Positions 24,901 to 38,230 of a stretch of DNA of 64,000 bases are shown here, one piece after another (position 1 is the first letter of the stretch; each line of letters begins with the position of its first letter). The notes under the pieces are model-generated. The model was not told the DNA's origin. It made no database searches and was given only the letters and a program-made list of their open reading frames with translations. The DNA is taken from the NCBI GenBank assembly GCA_976551045.1, contig CDPCPM010000247.1, positions 3,472,001-3,536,000 of the forward strand. The letters run 5' to 3'. Both the position numbers and the translations under genes were made by a program. The stretch is from Glaucostegus cemiculus (taxonomy: Eukaryota).

Positions 24901-26279
24901 TATTTAAAAACAAAATGATTTCTATTACATAGACAATGAACAGACCAAAAGGAAATAAAATTAAACACATTAACAAGTATAGAATTACACTACTCTTTCA
25001 ACACACATTAAAATTTATTGTTTACATTATTTTGACACTAGAAACATTAAACAAGTTTTAAAAAGATAACCAGCAAAACAATTTTGTTCAGTAGGAATTA
25101 TTGAGCAGTTTTTTTATAAAAGTTTATTTTACTAATAAAATGAAGCTGTACTAGTCTTAAATGTAACATTTGTTACCTTGCATGGTTTAGTTCTGCACCG
25201 GATTGTGACATTGGACAAGTGCTTTTGCTAAATAAGAATGCTGTTTCATCACTTGTTTAAGGAACTATGTGAGGTCAAAGGAGTCAATTCAATGAATTCT
25301 TTTTTGGGATGATAGACCCCATTGACTGTAATGTCAATTAACCTATCAGCATTCAATGTCTTTTCAAATTTTGTTTGCTTTTGATTTTATTAAGGCTTTG
25401 TAGTTTTAATACAAACAAAAAGTACACAAAAAGCCTGAATTGTAATTTGTTTGGAATTTACATAATGTGTAAACCTTCTTTGAATGTTAACTTTGTATTT
25501 TGTCACCTAACCTAATGCTAGAGTTAGTTATTAGGTAGGCTCAATAATCACACCAGACACCTAGAATTCTTTACATATTAACTTTCCTACATTGTTCATG
25601 ATTGATGAGCTAAAGGAAGTTCCATTTTCTAATTAATAAAACTGGATTACACTGTTATTTGTTCCCACAATCCAACAATATTGTGGCATCAGGAGCTAGA
25701 AATGACTTCATCCAGACAGAAGCTGTATGTACACAAACAGGTGACAAGAATCTGACAGCACATTCTTACATCTATCAATGTTTGCCACATGTATAATAAA
25801 AAGCTATTCAATTCCAAATGGTCTATGCTAATGTTCATACTGCACACAAGCCTTTGCCATTCTACCTCTATCTTCCTGTTCTGTATAATATTTTACTCTT
25901 CTCTCCTTCATGTATGAACCAGGCCCCCCTTTCAATGGATCAAGGCTATCTGCATCAGCCATTTCAGATGGTAGAGTTCCATATTCTCAATACCCTCCGT
26001 GAATTACTAAGATTAGTTCTCAGCTGAAATACTCAGTGATGTATTTCCTCACTTCATTACCTCAGCTAAGTGAAAAATATAGTATTTCTTAGAAATACTT
26101 TGTAGAAATGTAATGTTAAACTAAAATGCAAAAAGACCCTTATTTTTGGAGCATGCAGCTCTATTACGTACACAGCAGTACTGTTTATGCCTCTGCTGAA
26201 GGCACCAACTCTTGCTGCAGTGCAGTTTCACAGGGGCCATAGCCCCCCTGTACTATACCCATTTTACACTCTGAACTGA

Positions 26280-26510
26280 GTGAATGTTGACAGATTAGTT
26301 GACCGTGGAGGCTATTTGACCCTGTACTCACTTGATTTCCCAAAAGTGCAATTTCCAGCAGGGTTCACTGGAGAACAATCAGCAGTAGGAACGTTGATGT
26401 AGGGGTATCACTGTTAATTAAGATGCCTTATTGCCTTCCTGGCTACCTTAATACAGACCAAGAGTTGAACTTAAGACCTTCCTTCCTGTGCTGCTTGGCT
26501 GATATACAAT
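26280..26510 (-). mobile_element. AmnSINE2-like SINE
   Basis: tttccagcagggttcactggagaacaatcagcagtaggaac is the reverse complement of GTTCCTGCTCCTGATCGCTATCCAGTGACCCCTGCTGGAAA. Confidence 0.55.
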
Positions 26511-26829
26511 CGGCTACATTAAGTGTTTTCTCTAGGTGCCCTTGGTGGTAATGTGCCAAGCCTCTGTTGGCAGTGTTTTCTCAGATAGCAATGTAACCAC
26601 TACGTGGAAGGTTTAGGAGCAAAGATTTGCCAAGAATAATGGCCTCTGGTGGACTATATTATAAGCAACGAAACAAATCTGCTACTAAATGTTTGACAGA
26701 TCATTTCATGAGAGGAGAGGTACTAATATGAAAAATGACCAAATCAGCAGCTTTAAGACAATTATACACACAGTGTTGTTTTAGCTTCCTATTACCAAAA
26801 GTACCCTATTATCAAAATGGGCTTCATCA

Positions 26830-27140
26830 GAGGCAAACTGGGATACCATGCAGTAAGGACCTTGCCAGCACAAATACGCCATCTGTACTTCAAATCACTC
26901 TTTAGCCTTGCTTCTCCCCATATATGTAACGTTTCCCAGCCCTGTAACCATTCAGGACCTTGAATTTCAATGACTTTTTGTGTATCCATACTTCTTTCAG
27001 CTGCTCTCTGATCATCCCATTTTCTGCTGGCTAGGCCCCAGGATAGCCTTTCTGCCCCTCTCTGCTCCTTTAAGTTCTCTTTAAAACCTATTAATGATTA
27101 AGGTTTTAGTCACATTGAAATAGTGTATCTTTTTCTATGG
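26830..27140 (+). mobile_element. L2 LINE 3' fragment
   Basis: cttcaaatcactctttagccttgcttctccccatat (cf. FKSL.GLAPPYL) and ctcctttaagttctctttaaaaccta (cf. SFK..LKT). Confidence 0.55.
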
Positions 27141-27149
27141 CTTAGTGTC

Positions 27150-27600
27150 AGTTTTGGTCAGATTATGCCACTTGGATGCACCTCAGAGTCAAAAAGGATG
27201 GTAAAGTTGTGAACCGTCCCCTTCACCCAGAGAGCCAGCAAGAGGATGGAAGTGGTCAGTGCAGGGGCAGGGTTTGCGGCTGGCCAAAGGTAACAGTCTT
27301 GGTCTTCTTGAAGTTTAATTGAGAAAATTCTGCTCATCCAGTAACAAATTTCAGACAATCAGCTTGACAATATAGAGGCAGTGGTGAGATCAAGAGAAGC
27401 GTGATAATGAGCTTTGGGAAGATTTTGTCAAAGTACATATGAAGCTTAATAATATGATTTGGGATGATGTTACCAAAGATTGTAACACCATAAGGGTCAA
27501 GGATAATCCCTGATATGCCAAATGTAATAGAAGCCATTGTAGGAGATACCCTATGTATGATAAAACATTTTCAAAACAGCTTAACTGGTCACTCATCCCA
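27150..27600 (-). mobile_element. L2 LINE RT fragment
   Basis: The minus strand gives LHMYFD (cf. FHMYADD), CLSEICYWMSR and VHNFTILFDSE (cf. V.NLGV.FDPE). Confidence 0.65.
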
Positions 27601-30299
27601 CTTCCTCTTTCTGGTACCCTGCTGTGAATAAATGACCTGTTGCCTTCAAAGCAATTTGTAATGTGAGTACTGCTGCTGACATCATAAGATTTGAAAAGCA
27701 CAATGTAAATTCAAGTTTCTCTATTTTAATTTAAAAATTGCTGTCAAACCAAGAGAAATGAGTATGACACACAAAAAAATCAAAATAGAAACAAGGTTGA
27801 TCATGAAACAGAAAAGAAATAAAGAGAAAAGCTCTGAAGAAACTATTAGAACTAAGTTTTGTAATCAGTGTACTGAAAAATTAAATGAACTATTTAAATA
27901 ATCAGATTATAAATTCAATTAGTTTTAATGGAACATGTTTTGTAATGAGCTATCCTGCAAAAAGTGCATCTGGCTTCAAATTGGACTCATTAGAATGGAT
28001 ACTATCTCTTATATATACTTTTGCGAGATAATCTATAATGGGAGAGGAAAATTCACAAAACTGAAATTAAGTGAGGACAATTAGTTTAATGATTCTCTAT
28101 TTTGACATCTCAAAAAGTAAAAGATAATTTCTCTCTATCTGTTTTTTGTTTATTAGTCAAGCAAAATAACAGCAGATTGTATTCACTAGTTTACACTGGT
28201 TGAATTTGCCAGAAATTGGTTGATCAGGTATAAAGGATTGAGGAATTTTAAGTGCAAAATACATTGAGTGTAAGTTGAGTTTTTGCATTCCTTTGTTTAA
28301 AATGTTGCTCTGGAAACTGCCCAGTCACTCATATTCTGGACTGAGGTTACAAACAGGCCAAGTTTCTGCTGATTGCATCTCCTTCCAACAGTTTGAATAG
28401 ATTCTTCACATAAAACTTTATTTAGAAGCAAACATACATTTTAATAAATATTTAAATATTAAAACATGATTTAGAAGGAAACCAGTATAAACAAATGAAA
28501 CTACTTTAATAAATTATATTAACTATTTATTAATGTTCATGATTAAAGTACATATAGGTGATGGATTAAAATGCTTATTAACTGACTTCCACTGAAATGC
28601 TTATTTTTTGTGTTGAACCCATTTTCAGCTGCATGGGCTCTCTTAACTACATGAATAAGTGTTTTAAATGGAAGGGAAAAAGTATGCTCTATTATGTCTC
28701 CTGATTCCACTGGTTCACAGAAAGTTATGTTTGTGATTGTGCAAAATTGTTTAGCAGAAACCTGAACTAACGCTTCACTTTGGAAACCTGATGCACACGC
28801 ACCCAGATCACCATTTGGGCCCTTAACTGCAACTCTACCCTAATATTTACATTAGACCTAACATTGAAATAAGTACTAATAATTGGCTGAACTGTTCACA
28901 AAACACCAGACTGTAGTTTGCTGTTTATTCATGAGGCAATGACATTGTTAACAGAAAGAATGGATTAAAGAAGTTTAATTCAACAGCTGAATATTTGATT
29001 TGTTATTTGATTAGTATAGATAAATCAGAAAGAATATTAAATGTAAGAAAGAATATTGCTATTTTACTGGTAGACATTTGTTACTGTTGTACACATGCGG
29101 ATGCAAATTGAGTGATATATACTCTGGCAGGGATTTTATGGGTATCTTAATCATTCTTGTGGTCATCAATAAAGGAATTCCAAGGCAACATTAAAGAATT
29201 ATCATTTTATATGTCTCAGCTTGATTTTATTTTGTCCAAATATGTCAGTAGAATAGACTACAATCAGTGTCTGAGGAGCAGAGATTACTGTGCCCAAACC
29301 ACTTGGATCATCATTTTATTATGCATCATTATGTTTCTCTCTTTGCCCATATATGTCAATGATGATAGGCAACAGAGCTTGTGATTGTGAGGTGGAGTTC
29401 ACAGTGTCCTGACTCGTTCAGTAAACTCTTTTTTTCTCTAAGCAGTCTCAGATTCCCGCAGTGAATAATTACGGTGATGTGTTTAGAAAAAAATGCAAAT
29501 GATGCTTCTCAGAAGTACAGCAGTAAAATTAGGCAATTTGCAGACCAGATTTTAGCTGCAAAATATTTGAGTGCAGTGTCTGGTCTAGAAAACCCCATGT
29601 TGTATAATTATCCTTGTTACAGATGCGCTCTTGACTGCATTGGAACATGATGAATGCTTAAACATGTAATATCAATTTAAGGTAATTAGTCTACAAAATA
29701 AAACAATGGGACAAAGGAAAGTCTTTGCAAAGATAATTAGTACAATTTGTTGGAAAAATAAACTATAAATGAAAAACTGTGCATGAAAGCTCATTTATTA
29801 AAAATGCACAGACTTGGTCCAAATAATACTTGGGTGAACATACAGCTAATTGCTAGGATGATCATTGAAATTTGGAATAACCAGGGGATTCTGGCAAAGT
29901 GAGGAGATTCTGAGACCCTGGTCGGCTGGTCATATTTAAATGTGATGAAGGTTTCGGATCAAATCCCGATTTGATACCCTGTACAGTAGCACAGTCATTA
30001 AGTTAGTGGACAAGCAATCCAGAGACCAAAATTGATAATCGACAGATGAGATTAAATCACACAAGAGGGTCTAAATTCCACTAACCTTAAAATATGTAGT
30101 GGCTCTAACAAATTTCTGCCAAAAGCCGTTTCTCCTAAGCTCCTTGTGCCAGGTTTAAATTGATGGCATTCCATGCACCCATAGTGACTCCCTGACTACA
30201 AGCAAGTAATCTTTCACAATACACCCTCTATGAAAAAAAACACTAAAATCTTCCTAAAGCCTATGAACTTGGCTTTACAAATTATAAGAGAATATCTTT

Positions 30300-31165
30300 A
30301 AACAGGGCATGTATGAATAAACTCAAGTTTTTCCCATAATTTAGGGCATGAAACATTGGATTTTGCCAGTAAATGCTGGCAGTTCTGCATGGAGCCTCTG
30401 ACATCTTTGTGTTAAGTACTAGTAAGTTTTGGGACTCCCACACAAATGTGGAAGCCCCAAAGCCACTGGCCAAGCTCCTCTTGCAACTTCCGACTGTGCT
30501 ATACCACTGGACTCCACCTGGACTTAAGCAGCAGAGCTGGAGCTCCTGGAAATTTCCCAGCATTACTCCTGGCACAGCATCCGAGAGTTCACTGATTTCA
30601 CTGCTGGCAATAAATGGAAGACAGTTATTTCTGATTTGTTTAATTCTTTTAATTATAGAAAAGTGATTTTAAGTGTCTTTAAGCTGATTTGCAATGAATT
30701 ATAACTTATAAACTGTTAGTTTCATTTTTAACATTATTCTAACATTTTTAACACTGACCATTGGTAAAGTTGAGCTGTATGGTTTCTGCTGTGAAAGGAT
30801 TCCAGAGGAATGTTGTGTGTTGGGCTTGTTTTGGGCCACCCATGCCACTGTTCAGGGTCCTTGACTCAGAGTACTTGGACAAACTCCAGCAATGCTCAGT
30901 CTTTAAGTGGCGGGCTCAGTTGCATTTGTGGTCAATGGTGACTCCTCCAGGATATTGATTGTGGTGAATCTAAAGAGTATGTGGCTAGACTGTCCCTTGG
31001 AGATGGTCATTGCCTGGCATTGTGATGCCCAGTATGTTAGCAGCCCATGTCTAAATGCTGTCTAGGTCTTGCTGTGTGAGGACATGGACAGCTTCATTTT
31101 CAGAGGAGTTGTGAATGGAGGTGAATGCTTCACAACACAGAGGAGTTGTGAATGGAAGTGGTGAG
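30300..31165. mobile_element. Decayed CR1/L2-group LINE fragments
   Basis: The plus-strand piece APKPLAKLL resembles APELA.PLAKLF. The minus-strand piece tggtcaatggtgactcctccaggatattgat...atggtcattgcctggca is also seen in the 21.7 kb copy. Confidence 0.5.
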
Positions 31166-31329
31166 TACAAGTACATAGGACAATGAGTGCAGGCAGCCTC
31201 TCTGTGTCAATGAAGTCCACACCATCAAAATAGTAAAACTCTAATTAAATTGCAAGAAATGTATTGGGCAAAAATTACTGTAAATCTGTCAGACTGGGCC
31301 CTCTACCAGAAGGATGAGGAATGTGAAAA

Positions 31330-31790
31330 AATAGGCTATTTTGAAATGGCTGCATTTACACGGTAGTTGAAGAAAGGAATGTCATTTGAAAGACGTAAAT
31401 AAGGTGATGGGGAAGTTTTCAGTTTGGATTATGGGGAGATTTCTAGCTTGACAAAGGCCTGTGTGGAATTCTATAATCTGATATGATATTACTCTGTTCT
31501 ACTCATGTAAATTGAACCAGTCTCATTCTAATGAAGATATATTTGGTGTGGCAAATGTGTGTACCAACTAACTACTGAAAAGCAATGAAAGAAATATTAT
31601 GGATCAAAAACCAGCTAGAGGAATGTGAATTAATATTCATTTCAAAGATTGGTGACTGGTTTCTCCTAGGCTTCACATATCAAGAGTTTATGGTTGGGTG
31701 TGGCAAATATATAAAACTAGCAGCAAAGGAAATTCATAGAATAATCTCACTACTAATACAAGATCACTGATGCTGTATAAACCATTTTCC
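31330..31790 (+). mobile_element. Very old CR1 RT remnant
   Basis: Contains only decayed motif traces such as gtaccaactaactactgaa (cf. CLTNLLE). Confidence 0.3.
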
Positions 31791-33649
31791 TTGCTGATCT
31801 GAGTACCAGTTCAACCATCAGACTGAACTAGTAACTGCATAATCATTTAAAACTCACTTCATTCTCTTTCTCCTCCATTGGCTATTGATGGCCTGTGAAG
31901 GGCAGATATCACAAAGCTACATTCCAGACCTAGAAACGAGGTCTCACGGACAGACAAGTAGTGCCCTGCATTAACTAATTCAAGTCACTACATTTCAATC
32001 ACCATACGTCTATATTTGCATTAGTTTATTTTAAAGGTTTCAGATAACGATTACCTTGTAGCTGCGTCAATGGAGTTCCACAAAGTGATTTACTTACTGG
32101 TTATGGTTATTTTAATTGACATGTGGTTAGAAGCTAAATATGAGTAAAAATTGCGAAATAAAGCTGATAATTTATAGAAATTACACTATAATTACTTCAG
32201 TAATTCATTAATACTATCACACATTAAAGTGAATGTAGTTCATCATGGTTTTGGTCAACTGGCTTCCTGGAGCATTCCCTGAAGCAGTTAACCATAGGAA
32301 CTCAGCTTTGCAGATAGGTCTCAATAGTAATGGAGTCCATGGGGACACTGAAGTCCCAGCTCAGGTACTGTAATGTTAAGAAAGGTAAGCAATTCATTTG
32401 GTGAAGATGCAAACTGATCAGTAAAGGGAATTCTTTGGCTAAGTACAGAACTCTTCTGCCCTCATCCAATATTTTGTTGCACTGAGATGTGAATTGGCTG
32501 AGTTTAAATTTAGAATTACAAACCAACACACTGGGTCCATAAAAGCAAAAAATCCTTTTCACAAATTTGAAATTATGAATAATGATGTTGGAAAGAGTCT
32601 AGGAAAGAGGTTGTACGTTGCATTCCTTGTTGTGACATCTGATTGGAGGTAGTGGCTACACTCCATTACCCATTCATAATGTCACTGAAACAAGCTTTGT
32701 TCACGTCACATTCAGGCATTCCAGCTTTAAACATTTGTTCTCAAGCTGGTTCTGATTAGAACTTTTAATGAGAGACAATAATAAATCTAGAAGCATTTTC
32801 TTTTATCAGGTTTGGGAATATGTGATAATTTGGGCATGGTAACTCCCTTTAAGTTCCAATGCACCAGCTGGTTCAGTAATCAGTTTGGTTACATTGAAAA
32901 TAGATGCAAATGTACAAACAGCATAGTTGACCAGGGCAGCAGAACTATGGAGATATTCAGGATTCATGACTCACTGGGATCAATTTTTAGATTAGGATGA
33001 CAAAGTAGAAGAATGCAACAACTTCTTACTGACTGCAAAAATATGAATGAAAATTATAAGCAAGTCTCTTTTACATTGAACTGGAATGTTGAAGAGTGCC
33101 AAACGGGTGAGCTGATGCAACTCAGAGGAGTAAGACCGGCCAATATCGAGCCAGCCCAGGTGTAGGCCAGTGTGTGAGTAGTCACAATTATGAGAGCTGG
33201 ATTCAGGAGTGTGGGAGCTTGAATTTGCATGGAGCAGGAATCCCTGTCAGACAAAATGACTTTAAATTTACCTCCTGGGTCTATGTGCATCATAGCATTT
33301 CCATTTCCATGACAAACTGGACCACCTTCTGGAACGGAGTTATGAACAAGGTGGTAAATACTGTCCTGCTATTTCAAGTGCATTATTGCCCCAGATCTTT
33401 CCAGGTTGACTAAATTCAGTTCCTAAACAGATGAAATATAAATAGGTATTCATTTCATGGACATATTTATCCTATTTTCAAATATTATACACTGAATGAA
33501 TAATATTAAGTACATTAGAAAAACTTTGTCAAATTACAATCATTAGGATTCAAGATAAGCTTTGGGAATGGGCAATAGTCTAGGAGGATAGAAAATTACA
33601 TCTTAAGATGACACTGCATCGGGGTCCTCTTGGTTTGTGCAAAAACCTA

Positions 33650-34375
33650 TTAGTAATATTCCCCTGTGCTTGATGTCTGAGGCAACATGTGCTACAAAGT
33701 GGGATTTGCATGCACAAAGACCCTTTGCCCACAGGCTTTTGCCTGCAAAACTCATCGGGAGGTTAACTGGGGTGCAGATTATCTGTGGGAGATGCAGCTA
33801 GGAGGATAGAGAGAATTAAAGTGAGGTAGAGAGAGGTGCAGGTATTGGTGCAGCAGATTGGTGGAGAGTTGGAGGATCTGCCGGAGGTTGGTGAAAGGAT
33901 CAGGTGTGGGTTTTTAAAATGATCGGATGGGGAAAGCATTTACCTGGGTCGTCAAGGGAACAGGGGTGCTGGGCATGAAAATCGGGCTAGTGGGGGCTGT
34001 AAGGATTAAGCAGGGATTGTGGAATGGATAGGAAGGGAGAGGATTAGGCAGGAGTCGGAATAGTGTTTGGGGGATCTGAATCCTTTGGAAGCTGGAGAAC
34101 ATTGGGAATAGCAGGTGAGAAGGTCAGGAGAACCTACCTGGAAGAAGGAGAAGCAGTGGAAGCAAATAACCAATGCTAAAGCAGACCTCAACCCTTTTCT
34201 TTAGACTTACTTTATTGTGCAAGGCACAGCATAGTGCTTTATTTGTGGGCTTTGTATAATCAGACTAAGTGTGTGCAAATGACATTATGACACGAGGGGC
34301 GCCCCTGTGACACTACTGCATATGTCCATTAGTCTCCAATGATTAAGTACGCAGAGTTTTAGGGAAAATACCTGG
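33650..34375. repeat. Degenerate purine-rich (GGA/GAT-rich) interspersed repeat, possibly a non-autonomous DNA element
   Basis: The strongly G/A-skewed core at 33800-34170 has no credible ORF. A similar block lies at 38400-38750. Confidence 0.35.
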
Positions 34376-34796
34376 AAGTACATGAATGACACACTTGGTA
34401 CATAATCAATTTCTGATACAATGTCATTATGTAGCACACATAAACATGCTCTACAATAGAATTTTTAGGCCTATAAGTGCATGTACAGAAGTTACAGTAG
34501 GGAGGGGCATGGGGAAGGGAAATACTGAGTGGGGTGCCTCAATGGTTGGTATTGGAACCACCACATTTCATTAACTGCAAGAGCAAGATAAAGAGACACA
34601 GATTCAAACCAGTGAAAGTTAAAATTTGGACTAATACCAAGTAATACTTCCTCACACAGTGCTATCAATGGTTATACTTCCAGGAAGAAAAATGGAATCA
34701 AGATCCTCAGAACCACTTAACAAACAACTGGATGATGAAATGGGAAACTTTAGGCTGTTCCTTTGAGAAAATGGAACAATTAATTATTTCTGATTA

Positions 34797-35033
34797 AGTC
34801 ATAGCGTAGTGGTTAGCGTGACGCTGTTACAGCGCCAGTGATCGGGGTTCGATTCCCGTCGCTGACTGTAAGGAGTTTGTACGTTCTTCCGTGTCTGTGT
34901 GGGTTTCATCTGGGTGCTCTGGTTTCCTCCCACATTCTGAAGGACGTATGGGTAGGTTAATTTGGGGGTTTAAAATGGGCGGCGCGGACTCACTGGGCCG
35001 AAAGGGCCTGTTACCAAGCTGTAAGTAAAAAAA
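34797..35033 (+). mobile_element. Young V-SINE (HE1-like tRNA-derived SINE)
   Basis: Box A tagcgtagtgg, box B ggttcgattcc, V-domain ggagtttgtacgttctt..gtgggtttc..gggtgctctggtttcctcccaca, and a CR1-like tail gggccgaaagggcctgtt with an A-rich end. CpGs are retained. Confidence 0.9.
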
Positions 35034-36119
35034 GTTTTTGTACTGTTACACCAGTAAATAAGAGCCAATGATCCTCCTTTTCCAAATTTCTCTTCCAATT
35101 CTTATCAATTTTATTGGAAATGATGACTTACATTAAACAGATGTGGATTAATACCAAAAATATTTGTACTACAAAGAACTTTGCGAATTGTATTATATAT
35201 ATATTTAGGAGGAAAAGATAGAGTTAGAAAGGCAAAGCACAAGGTGGAAATTTGCTTTCATGCAATGAGAATACTGAATTATTAAACTGAGGTGTCTTTC
35301 TTCAGAGTGACAAGGGTCAGGGCTAGTTCTGATTCCACAGGTTCCTGAATTGTAGGCTTCATCCATTTTTAGGACTGATGAACTGAAACAACTGTAAGGG
35401 ATTATGTAAGAACAGAATGACACAGCGCCATTCTGAGGATTTTAGAGCTTTGGTGTTTAACTATAAGTTATTAGCAGTTCCAGAGAAAAATGACAGCTAT
35501 CAGCATTGGTTAAAATTCATGTTTTAACTTAATTTATATCAGTTAAATGCGCTTCTACACAAATTTATTACTTTAATTTTTTTAAACTCTACTTTAACAG
35601 CAGAAAAAGCCATTGACAGCATACACTGTCAAAACACAATCACGGTGGTTTGGGGACTGGGCCTTAAGACCTGCCTGAGACTTAGCTGGAGTTCATGGGC
35701 AGCAAAGCACTCAACTCAATCGGACATAAAGGGCGAGAACAGGTTACTGCAGCTGTAGGAATCTAGCGAGGGGCAAAGGTGAGGTGCTGACTGCGTCAAG
35801 CACAGTCCAACTGAGCCCATTTGTACCACATTCAAATGCCAAACATACATTGTACCTAATACAGGTATGACTGGTAAGAATATATGTATTGATAAGGACT
35901 TCATCCATGGCGTATTAGCAATGGGAATAATGACAGCAGAAAGATGCATCTGTGTACCTTTTAAATAAATGTCATGTGGAGGAAGAGTTGACAAAATCCA
36001 CGTAGAGAAAATAAAGGAATAGTTTTGAGTTTTACCCTTTGATCCATTTGTTACAACATGAGACATTTGTGAAAGAATGCAAAAACAAAATATTATAAAA
36101 CTGAAAAAGATAACACTCA

Positions 36120-36207
36120 GAAAAACAGAACATGCTGGAGATATTCAGCAGATTAGGCAGCATCTGTGGACAAAGAAATCTTTTAGGTCAATGATCTTTC
36201 ATCAGAA
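36120..36207 (+). mobile_element. Penelope-terminus fragment
   Basis: aaacagaacatgctggagatattcagcagattaggcagcatctgtgga matches an arm of the 11.2 kb element. Confidence 0.6.
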
Positions 36208-36469
36208 TTAAAAAACGACTTGTCTAGCAGCCTAAAGTGGGTGACAGCAAATCATCGGCCCATTTTTGTTTTCTGTGTAATTTACTTTGCTGAAAAAATT
36301 AATGAATCAGAACAAGGACACAGAGGGGAAATTCTGGCAATGATCCAGCTGAGGCATTGAAAACAGCATTAGATGCAGCAGGGGTGTTAGCAACTTCGTG
36401 ACATTTTTACTTAATGCCTTGATATTCTGTTACTTGAGTGTGTAGCAGATAGTTTGCGCGCAGGCGTGC

Positions 36470-36471
<2 letters not shown>

Positions 36472-36527
<56 letters not shown>
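36472..36527. repeat. (TG)28 microsatellite
   Basis: Perfect dinucleotide run. Confidence 0.97.
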
Positions 36528-36528
<1 letters not shown>

Positions 36529-37574
36529 TTTGTGCAAGTTTTACGCAAGTGTAGGACTGGGACTGGTGGAATTTTGATTGCTTCACCAGATATTTAAAAT
36601 GAGTGGCTGAAACCCCACAATCATCGTTTCTTTTGTTACTGGGGACACTTTCTTTTACGAAATAGGAATAAATTTTCCTTGGGGAAATATGTTTAATTAA
36701 AAAGTTGTCATATGATTAAGTTGAATAAAACATAATTTCCTCCTAGTACTGGATCCGACTGCTTCTATTGCAGTAATGGTTTCTGTTCTTTTCCCTGGAT
36801 CCTAATATTGAGGATCATGGCCCTTTGAAATTTGCCTCAAGAGAGTTCTCTTTATTTTACCAATAGGAAAGTGCCTAATGTTTCCTCAACACCTCTTTAC
36901 CTCAGCATAGTTAATATTACAAACTCAGAATAAGGAGAATGCCAGTCCAAACTAGTATAATCTGGTTATATTTTCCATCAGGAGTCATTGGAAAGCATGC
37001 AGTAATAGAAATCTTAGCTGATTATACTTCAGAGCTGGAGAATACTGATGTACCCAACCTTGAGGTAATCAAATGCAGCATGAACTGCAATTCAAACTTA
37101 AATCCTTATTTTATATATAGCTGAGTACTTTGTCGATTAGTGTATGACCTTTTAGATTTAAGCTGCATATAGTTTGTTTAACAGTATATTATTTGATGTG
37201 TTTCCCAGTAGTCTAACAATTCCTAAAACCTGATATTTCTGCAGCACCAGCCAACGATGTATACTTTCAGCTCCTAAATAAAAATCAATAATTTTTTTTC
37301 AGGAATGTAAGCAACCGTCATCCCCAATATTCCAAAAATAACAACAATAAAACTATCATCAATATTGCTGGGGAATGAATTTAAGCAATAGTTCAATCTG
37401 TTAATCTTCGCAAAACATGACATTTGCTCTCATGTTATAATGCCCAGCTTAATAAAATTACTGCCTCGTAACCCACAAGTGGTTATTCACTAAAGCTCCA
37501 TGCGTTTTCCTTTTATTTCAAGGATAATTTCACGCTCACTTTAAGATTGTTTATTTGAGTCACTATTTAATTTT

Positions 37575-37722
37575 GTGGTTCCAATGTTGTTAATGTCCTT
37601 CTGTCTTTGTGTCTCTGATTGTTTTTTTTTAATGTAATAAGCCCCTTGATCTGTGGAGTACGGTATTTCGCTCCTATGCATGCTGAATGTGTATATGGTA
37701 GTGACAATAAAACTGATTCTGA
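37575..37722 (+). mobile_element. Short 3' end of a Rex/Babar-type LINE or partner SINE
   Basis: cggtatttcgctcctatgca..gtatatggtagtgacaataaaactgattctga is nearly identical to 49060-49133. Confidence 0.6.
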
Positions 37723-37829
37723 TAATTCCCATTTAGCTACTGTTATATGTCATTCCTGATATGAAATACTTCTGTCATCCATTTGCTAATAAATCACATA
37801 TTCCACCTTTGAGAGCCTTACTGGAAAGC

Positions 37830-38230
37830 AGCACCCAGTGTACCTTAAACACAGCTTCATGGCCCAGCGCACTTGCATACTCTATCTTGATCTGATATAT
37901 CTGTAGACCTACTGCTGTCCAGTGAATGTGTACTCCCCGCTATGGTCCAGAGTGTCTGCACACCCTACCACCATTCAGCGTACCTCTGCAGCTTACTGCA
38001 GCCCAGTGTACCTGTACACCTTACTGTGGTCCAGCATGTCCGTTCACCCCACCGCAGCCCAGTACACCTGTACACCTTACAGTGGTCGAGTGTATCTGTA
38101 CACTCTCAGTCCAGTGCATCTGTGCACCCCATTACTGTCCAGTGTATTTGTACACTCTACCAAGGTCTAGTGCATCTGGACACCTTACTGTGGTCCAGTG
38201 TATCTATACAGTCCACCAATGCCCAGTAGA
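37830..38230. repeat. Degenerate ~28-bp minisatellite
   Basis: About 13-14 diverged units of ccagtgtacctgtacaccttactgtggt. It explains the three overlapping ORFs at 37922-38270. Confidence 0.85.

Noticed and set aside
34800-34862. tRNA-like sequence with A and B boxes
   Set aside because: It continues directly into a V-domain and LINE-like tail, so it is a SINE head and not a tRNA gene.
37830-38230. Possible CRISPR-like array or Cys/Pro-rich protein
   Set aside because: Units are contiguous and degenerate with no spacers, and the context is eukaryotic. It is a minisatellite.
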